Assembly: GCA_902796285.1 (NCBI GenBank)
Contig: CADBOH010000050.1
Span: forward strand, 1 to 30,390
Source: an uncultured Eubacteriales bacterium
Lineage (GTDB): Bacteria > Bacillota > Clostridia > Christensenellales > UBA1242
DNA: 30,390 nt
Direction of reading: 5' to 3'
The position numbers and the translations under genes were made by a program. Shown here one piece after another: positions 15,417-23,700 of this stretch (position 1 is its first letter; each line of letters starts with the position of its first letter). Below the pieces are notes generated by a model. The model was not told where the DNA came from and ran no database searches. It worked only from the letters and a program-made list of their open reading frames with translations.

Positions 15417-15806
15417 ATGTCTAAAAAGAAAAAGTCACAAAAACCAAAGAAAAACCAAGCTGAAGTAAAAAATACTTTGGATGCTTCTTTAGATCAACAA
15501 AACAGTGATGTTGAAGAGGTTGAAACTCCTGTAGTTGAAGAACCTGTTGAAGAGCAAAAAGTTGATGAAAAAAACAAAGATAAAAACGACAAGAAAAAGT
15601 CAAACAAGAAAAAACCTAAGGAAAAGGGTAAAATTAAGAGAAAGGTTAAAGAATCACTTTCTGAAATCAAAAATGTTGTTTGGCCTACTTTTGGCGAAGT
15701 TGTCAAAAAAACAGGCGTAGTACTTGTTGTAGTGCTCGTTTTTGCTGTTATTATTTTTGGAATTGACTTTGGCTTAGGCGAACTTGTTAAATTATTGAGG
15801 AAATAA
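15417..15806 (+). CDS. secE: Preprotein translocase SecE with ~70 aa charged N-terminal extension
   Basis: SEIKNVVWPT motif followed by one TM helix; position between rpmG and nusG. Confidence 0.92.
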   Translation: MSKKKKSQKPKKNQAEVKNTLDASLDQQNSDVEEVETPVVEEPVEEQKVDEKNKDKNDKKKSNKKKPKEKGKIKRKVKESLSEIKNVVWPTFGEVVKKTGVVLVVVLVFAVIIFGIDFGLGELVKLLRK

Positions 15807-15817
15807 GAGGGGTTTTT

Positions 15818-16456
15818 ATGGAAGAAAAGGAAACTACTTTAAATCAAGAAAATGTTGTTTTAAACAACGAAACTCCTGCCGAAGAAAATGTTAAGGAAAA
15901 ATATGATGATGAAAAGGGATACAAAGACTTTGTTGACTCTCTTGAATCAAAATGGTATGTTCTTCACACTTTTTCTGGTTATGAGAACGTTGCAAAAGAA
16001 AACCTTGAGACAGTTGTAGAAAAATTTAATCTTCAAGACAGAATATTTGACATTGTTATACCAATGGAAGATGTTGTTGAAGAAAAAAATGGAAAGAAAA
16101 AATTAGTTCAAAGAAAGGCTATGCCATGCTACATTCTAGTTAAAATGAAGTATGCAGATGACCTTTGGCATAACGTTACCAGAACTCGTGGTATCACAGG
16201 TTTCGTTGGTCCAAAAGGAAGACCACTTGCACTTACTGAAAATGAAGTTATGAAATTAAGACTTGAAAAGATTAAAGTTGAAATTGATCTTGCTGTAGGT
16301 GATAAAGTTGAAATCATTGATGGTCCACTTAATGGTATGATTGGGGCAGTTACTGATGTTAATACTGAAACTGGCACTGCTAGTTTGATGGTAGAGATGT
16401 TTGGTAGAGAAACTGCTGTTGATGTTGAACTTAGTCAAGTTCGCAAAATAAATTAG
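15818..16456 (+). CDS. nusG: Transcription termination/antitermination factor NusG with acidic N-terminal extension
   Basis: KWYVLHTFSGYE, PCYILVKM, RTRGITGFVG, KOW VGDKVEIIDGPL and MFGRETAV. Confidence 0.96.
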   Translation: MEEKETTLNQENVVLNNETPAEENVKEKYDDEKGYKDFVDSLESKWYVLHTFSGYENVAKENLETVVEKFNLQDRIFDIVIPMEDVVEEKNGKKKLVQRKAMPCYILVKMKYADDLWHNVTRTRGITGFVGPKGRPLALTENEVMKLRLEKIKVEIDLAVGDKVEIIDGPLNGMIGAVTDVNTETGTASLMVEMFGRETAVDVELSQVRKIN

Positions 16457-16522
16457 GTATATCGTGCCTTTAAGGCACTATAATATACACTCGAGATTAA
16501 CTATCTCGTTTTAAATTAAAAA

Positions 16523-16559
16523 TGTGGGAGAGGGGAACTGCAACCCTTCAGTAACCACA
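16523..16559 (+). promoter_or_regulatory. Putative L1-binding autoregulatory leader upstream of rplK
   Basis: TGTGG-GAG-AGGGG-loop-CCCTT-CAGTAA-CCACA: two stems separated by a GAG/TAA-type internal loop next to the RBS, resembling the L1 site known upstream of rplK in Firmicutes. Confidence 0.6.
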
Positions 16560-16572
16560 AAAGGAGGAAAAA

Positions 16573-17001
16573 ATGGCAGAAAAGAAAATTGCTGCAGTTG
16601 TAAAATTACAACTCGATGCAGGTAAAGCCACTCCGGGACCTCCAGTTGGTTCAACTCTTGGACCTCATGGAATTAACCTTGGTGCCTTTACAAAAGAATT
16701 CAACGAGAAGACAGCTTCTCAAGCAGGACTTAAGATTCCTGTAGTAGTTACTATCTATGCGGATAGAAGCTTTTCATTTGTACTCAAAACTCCACCAGCT
16801 GCTATTCTTATCTTGAAAGCACTTGGACTTGAAAAGGGTTCTGCAGTACCAAACAAAACAAAAGTCGGAAAAATCACTAAAGAACAAATTAGACAAATCG
16901 CTGAAACAAAGATGCCAGATCTTAACTGCACATCTATCGAATCTGCTATGTCTATGGTTGCTGGTGCCGCTCGTTCAATGGGCGTAACAGTAGTTGACTA
17001 G
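16573..17001 (+). CDS. rplK: 50S ribosomal protein L11
   Basis: [29 protein letters not shown] and KMPDLN motifs. Confidence 0.98.
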   Translation: MAEKKIAAVVKLQLDAGKATPGPPVGSTLGPHGINLGAFTKEFNEKTASQAGLKIPVVVTIYADRSFSFVLKTPPAAILILKALGLEKGSAVPNKTKVGKITKEQIRQIAETKMPDLNCTSIESAMSMVAGAARSMGVTVVD

Positions 17002-17011
17002 GAGGTAAGAG

Positions 17012-17692
17012 ATGAGAGTTACTAAGAAACAAGTTAAAGCAAACGAAATGCTTACTCAAAAGGCATATGATATTGAAAGCGGACTTGATGCATTGCTTGC
17101 TCTTCCAAAAGCTAAGTTTGATGAGACAGTTGAACTTCACGTAAAACTTGGTGTTGATGGAAAGAATGCCGATCAACAAGTTAGAGGTGTATGTATCCTT
17201 CCTCACGGAACTGGAAAATCTCTTAAAGTTTTAGTTATCGCAAAAGGTGACAAAGCTGATGAAGCAGTTAAAGCTGGTGCTGACTATGTTGGCGCAGAAG
17301 AAATTGTTGCTAAAATCCAAGGTGGATGGCTTGACTTTGACGTTGCTATTACAACTCCAGATATGATGGGCGTTGTAGGACGTGTTGCTAGAGTTTTAGG
17401 ACCAAAAGGTCTCATGCCAAACCCAAAGAGCGGAACTGTTACTATGGACGTTGCTAAGGCAATCAACGATGCAAAAGCAGGTAAGGTTGAATACAGACTT
17501 GATAAGTCTAATAACGTTCACGTAATTTTAGGAAAAGTTAGCTTTGGTAAAGAAAAATTGCTTGATAACTTCAACACAGTTATTGAGGCTCTTATTAAGG
17601 CTAAGCCAGCTGCTGCAAAAGGTCAATATCTTAGAAATGTTGCTATTGCATCAACAATGGGTCCTGGAATTAAAATCACATATAACATGTAA
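17012..17692 (+). CDS. rplA: 50S ribosomal protein L1
   Basis: [36 protein letters not shown] and STMGPG motifs. Confidence 0.98.
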   Translation: MRVTKKQVKANEMLTQKAYDIESGLDALLALPKAKFDETVELHVKLGVDGKNADQQVRGVCILPHGTGKSLKVLVIAKGDKADEAVKAGADYVGAEEIVAKIQGGWLDFDVAITTPDMMGVVGRVARVLGPKGLMPNPKSGTVTMDVAKAINDAKAGKVEYRLDKSNNVHVILGKVSFGKEKLLDNFNTVIEALIKAKPAAAKGQYLRNVAIASTMGPGIKITYNM

Positions 17693-17693
17693 T

Positions 17694-17724
17694 AAAAAAT
17701 CACTCGGATCGAGTGATTTTTTTT
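17694..17724 (+). terminator. Bidirectional intrinsic terminator after rplA
   Basis: AAAAAATCACTCG-GAT-CGAGTGATTTTTTTT. Confidence 0.85.
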
Positions 17725-17756
17725 AGACTTTATTAAAAATATATATGCTAAGCATG

Positions 17757-17785
17757 AAAAAAGCACCAAATTTGGTGCTTTTTTT
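17757..17785 (-). terminator. Terminator of the 2840-aa gene; perfect 28-bp palindrome
   Basis: AAAAAAGCACCAAATTTGGTGCTTTTTT, 3-4 nt after the stop codon. Confidence 0.8.
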
Positions 17786-17788
17786 AAA

Positions 17789-20700
17789 TTATTTAGTTTT
17801 TTGTCTCTTTCTTAATCTAATTGTAATGAAGACAATTGCTCCCGCAACTGCTACCGCAATAACTATTGCAATGATAGCAAAAGCATTAAGAGGCTCAGTT
17901 TTTGTTACTTTGTATGAATATAATAAGTGCCCACCAGAAGTATACAATTGAATGAAGTATGTGCCAGTTGAAGCAAGTGTAATTGTTTCAATTTCGCCAT
18001 AACTTGCTATGTTTTCGCTTGTATAATATTTTGTTGTACCACCTACGATTAAGTAACAATCACCAACGGCATTGTAAAGATTTCTTGTATTAAATGTAAC
18101 AGTAATATTGCCACTAGTTTTTTCACCCTCTGCAAGAGAAACTTTAATTGGTGGATTTGCCATATTTATCCAGAAATCAAATGTGAACGTTTCACCAATT
18201 GTGTTAACATAACTCTCATCGTTAGGGGAAATAGAAACTCTATATCTGCCGCCTCCTGTTTTTTCATCTAGGAAGTTGATTAAAAGTTGAGTCATATATT
18301 GTTTGTTATTTACAGTGATTACATCAAAGTTTGAAATTTCTCTAAGTTCATCGGTAATATCAACATCATCCTTAACAACTTTTACAACATAATACTTGTT
18401 GTAATTTGTAAATTCATAAGCATAACGAGATTCATTTTTGTTGATGATAGTAAAGTTAAATGCATCTTCTCTAATTGGTATACCTGTTGTGCTTGTTGCA
18501 CTAAATGTTACTGAATAGTATCCCGGTTCAGTAAATGTGTATTGGTTGTTGCTTTCAGTGTATCCACCAGTTCCTTTGCCGTATTCAACACCATTTTTTG
18601 TAACTTTTATTACAGGGTATCCAGATGGTTGATAGTAGGTTGTTAAGTTATTTAAACTAATCTTTACAGAACTGTTATAAACTGCTTTTTGAACAAATTC
18701 AGTAGTCACTTCATCTCCATCAGTATTTACATATGTTACTGTTATAGGGGTTGAATTTAAGAATACAAGATCAACATAGTCACTAGTTTTAAAGTATTGT
18801 ACATGTGGCTCTGGCTTGCAAGAGTCGGTGAGTCTTAATCTATATGATCCAGCTCTTGTAAGGTATACATATGATGTATCACCATTATCATAAACAGTTG
18901 GATAAATATCAACAAATTCGCCTTCAAATAGTTTTTGCACGCCAATAACTATCTTGTTTTGTTTAATTCCATAATATGAAGTAAAGTTTAATTTAATTTT
19001 GTCAAAGTTGCTTTCTGTTTCTTTATTTGCTACAACAAACTCAGAAGTTGATGATTTAAGAGAATTTGTTGCACCTGATGAAGTTTCATAGGTAAATAAT
19101 GAAACGATGCTATCATTAGGGTTTACGTTGATATATATGATTGTAAAGTAACCTTCAGATATGGCACAGGAATATTTATATATTTCAACAACTACATTTG
19201 TTCCAGTGTTTTCTCCGAGTGTTGGTGGAGAAATTTTAACACCAAGTTCTTGATTGCATACAATCTCTAGGCGAGATTTATCATCATAATCGATTCCAAC
19301 GATATAATTTGTTTCATATGTTACACTTTTTTCAACGTACTTCATATCACTCTTTTCGATTCTAACGCCATCAACTGTAATATAGTAGAAAGATGCTGAT
19401 GAATCAAGGATGGTTAAATCGTAAATTGAGAATACCTCGTTGAAGATTTCATCCGTATTATATTTAATAAACACAATATATTCACCAGTGCCTGAAATTG
19501 TATAGCCAGATGCATCACTATTTACTGAATTTATGTTTTCCCAAGTAAGTCCATTATCTCTTGATAGGAAAACAGTAAAGCCATACTGGTCATCATATCT
19601 ATTAATGCTTTCTCTTCCAAAATCACCGTTAGGGTAGAAAAGTGTTACGTTTTGAGAGTAAGTTGTGATGTTTTTAGCTTGTGATGTATATTCTTTTCCT
19701 TCATATATAACTGTTTTTGATGGGATATTGCTAGCCGAGTTAATCGCATCATTGTTTTTGTCAGCAAACAATATTCCGCCGTTTGAAATATCATCTCTCG
19801 TTGCTGTATAGAATGGTAATTTATGGTATAGTCTAACACGTAGTGTTTTAATTACCACACTATCTTCAATCGCCTTTACAACAATTTTATAAAGATCATC
19901 ATAGTTTTCTCCTGTAGGAGCAAATGTATATGAGGTTATTTTTGTTCTACTATCTATTTGTGGGGTAATTGTTGTAACTAGGTTATTATCTTTATCATAT
20001 AGTTCAACATCATAAAGAAGTGTGTTATACGAGAAGTTGATCGCGTTTCTTGAAATATATGTTATATCGCCATTGCTTTCAGTGAGTGAATAAATGTTTG
20101 AACCTGTAATTTCGTTATATTCAACTTCGCCAACAAGAAGAATTACAGTAGATGTTTTTCCAAAGTTATCGGTTATTGTGTATTTAAATTTATCTGAAGT
20201 ATTACCAACATTAACTTTTACTGTAAGATCACTACTTGTTTGATCAAATGTGATATAACTTAAATTGTCTGCATACTCTGTGGTAGGAGTCCAAGTGCCG
20301 TAAGTAACCTGACTCGCATCCATAATTGGGGCCCAGTTACTGCCTTCTGCCTTTTCGATTACAATTCTAACAGGGTAAACATAGGTTGTTGTTGTGCTAG
20401 TAACTTGATCCTGTGAAGGCACATTTATAACCAATGCATCATTTACTTTTCTAGTAGTGAGGTTTGCATCCATAACTGAAATATATATGTTCTTGCTTGT
20501 TCCAGTTGTTCTATCAGTCATCACAAGAGAGTGTTTATTTCCAGAAGATGAAACTTCACTAAATATGTCAGACATATTTACAATGCTTGCTTGCAATGAA
20601 GGTAAAGAAATCCTGTATATTTGGTTATTTTCAAGCCAAGGTGAGTGCATATATCTAACGCTAGTGCTGCCATAACGTGTAAATGTATAAAGTTGCCATG

Positions 20701-23700
20701 GGTCAGACATATAGTTGTTCTCTGTATTTTTAAGCGTTAATCCACTTGTTGAGTATAAATTATAACCATTATAAATTTCGCTATCATAAATGTTGACATA
20801 TTTTTCATCTTCTGTTTTAAGTTGAAGATTGTTGTTTGTGTATGAAATTGCAGCATTATTAGCTGTATCATTAATCACACGTACTACATAAACAACCATA
20901 TTGTCAGCATAGTCAAGTTCAACTATTTCATAATAAGAGCCATCGATGATTCTATTTTCATTAAATTGCTCCATTGATTGATAGTTGTTTTTTGAGAATG
21001 AATCTTTTTTAACTTGTTGATAGTTATTTAATTGAATTTCTCTAAAGTAAATAAATTGAGTGTCATTTGGTCTTTGTGTTCTATTGTCATATGTTGATTT
21101 AAGGGTAGTGTTAAAGTAGTTTCTTGTAACATTGTAGCTAAAATATTTAAAAGTAGAAGTTTCAACTGAATAAGAGTAACTTAATTTAAAATTATTATCA
21201 AAGTTTGTTTTTGCTGTGGCTTGAACATCTTCGTTTTTATAATCTTTGTAAGTTCTCATATTAATTTGTTGATATGCTTTCGTAAAGATATTTTCAGTTG
21301 CATTTTCAGTTAATGTCATAAGGCTTTGAAGATTTTTAATAGGGGCTGAAATATCAAAGTGTATTGTTTTGATCACCTTGTTATAGTAGCTGCTATTAAA
21401 GCCTTCATATTGCATTTGAACTGTTATTTGCCCTTGATTTTCAATTAAATTAGAGCAGTCATAATCAAAATATTTTAAATTTCCACTTTCATTTATTGTG
21501 CCAGTAAATTTTTGACCACTAATATAAATTTCGTTCTCATCAATTTTTGCTTGGTATTTGTTTTGAGGATCTTGCCATTGAATTCTAACAACTTTTGAAT
21601 TTGTATAGAATTCGTTGTTGCTTGGCCCTTTTAAAGTGTAACCATCTTCATTAAGGATATCAAAACTTGGCTCATTTTCAAGAATTCTAAATCCAAATTT
21701 ATAGAAACTATAAAACTTGCTTTCGCTTCCAACAACATTATCTTGATAAAGTGTTACAAAATAATCACCAGGTTGAGAGAATAATTGAGCAGGCTCATTG
21801 CTTGTTGTCACAAATCGTTCGTCTGCAGGGTAGAAGTTCAAATATCCATTGCTTGTTGTTCCATTTGATACGTATCTAGCAACAACTTCATTTTTATTTT
21901 GATTGTTGCTCTTTAAAACTGTTATGCGAGCATAGATTTCGTATGCTTGAATTGATGCTCGTCTCAAATATGATTGAATGCTATTAACATTTGAAACTTT
22001 AATTCCTTCAACATAAACATCACCATCAATCACCTGGGCATTTCCATAGCGAGATAAAATGTTTTGATAGTTTACATTGTATTGAGAACCTTGCTTTCCA
22101 GGCCCCATAGTAAACTTGTATTGAGGGATAAAAAGTTTTAAAGGTAATTTGTTTCCTTCAACTGCAATTGCAGGATTTTCATCATTTGCGTCAAAACTAT
22201 CTTTCGTGTAGAAGGAACCCTGAATTAATGAGTTTGCAAGTAGTTCAGGGAAAGAGATTTCAATAGCATTTTTATCATTATAGAAACTAAGTGCAATATC
22301 ACGGCCGACAATTGATGCAAGTGAAGATTGATCATCTACGGAAATTGTTTCTAGTGGGGTAATTAGTCCAAATTCATCAACTATAAATGTGATTGTGCGT
22401 CTAAAGTAATCATACTGATCAACTTGTACGTTTTGTTTGTAATTTCTTTCGATTACATATTTTCCTGGTTTTGGGAGGTTGTCACCACCAAAACTAATAG
22501 GGAATAATACTTCTTCTCCTTCTGCGACAACACTTGAAGTTGGATAGATGTTTATTGTTCTTTCAACATTTTTGCCAATTGTGTAGTAACCATTTGTACT
22601 TGTTTTCTCAAAAGGATAATATTTTAACACAATTGTATCAATTAATTCATCTTTACCTTGTGGGTGAGGAGTAAAGGATAATGTTATTTGGTTTTTAGTG
22701 TTGATAGGTGTGTAGTATGCAAATTTATATGCAATGCCCAATTTTTCCTCTTCATCACCAGTATAAGAATAAGTCTCACCATTAGTTTTATCTGCTACAA
22801 AATATCTTGAGCCTGCATTATATTCAGTTGCTTTTGTTTTTTCATAATAAGTTGCACCATCAAATTCAGTTAAATTGACTTCTTCTACGTATTTGTTGTC
22901 AGATGCCTTTTTATAATATAACTTGTTAGCCACAGGCGTGCTATCTTCTGTTGTTGCAAATGTATAATAAACGCCATCATCTAGTTGATCTTGATCACTT
23001 ACATTTGTTGCAACATAAGTGTTTTTGTATAAACTGCCAGTTAAACTAAAGTTTGCAAAATCAAGATATGCTTCATCACTTGTGTATTTAATCAACATTT
23101 TAGACTTGTCGGAAGTTACAACAAATGAAACATATCCACTTGAAGCGTTTTTAAATCTAATGCTTTCTTCTTCATCAAGCAATTTATTGTTTGAGTCATC
23201 TCTTAAATAAATTCTATAAGATCCTTCAATTGCTGTGTCATTTTCATCAATAAAAGTGATCTCATATTTTGAGGCATTTACAAAACCGCCATTTTCAAGG
23301 GCTGATTCAGCAGGGTTAGCAGATTTTATAAAGGCTGAATTATCAATTGCAATTGTAAGATAAGTGCCATTGTAAGTTAAACCTGCTTTATCAAATCCGG
23401 CAAGGTTGTCATAAGTTTTCAAATTTGCATTTGTGTTTACATCGAAAAATTCATTAAGCGCTGCACGTAATTTTGCACTTGCAAGGTCCGCATCTTTTGA
23501 ATATTGATAAGCAGACAATTCATTAATTTGTGTATTATCAAAATTATTAAGATAAATTGCCTTATTTTTTGCCCATTCAATGCTAATAGAAGTATCTTCT
23601 TCAGGAACAGCAATCATTTCACTTGATTGCATCAGTCTTCTAAAATCATCTGAAGTTGTAACAGAATTGTACACAAAAATAGGAGAAGTTTTTTCTAACA

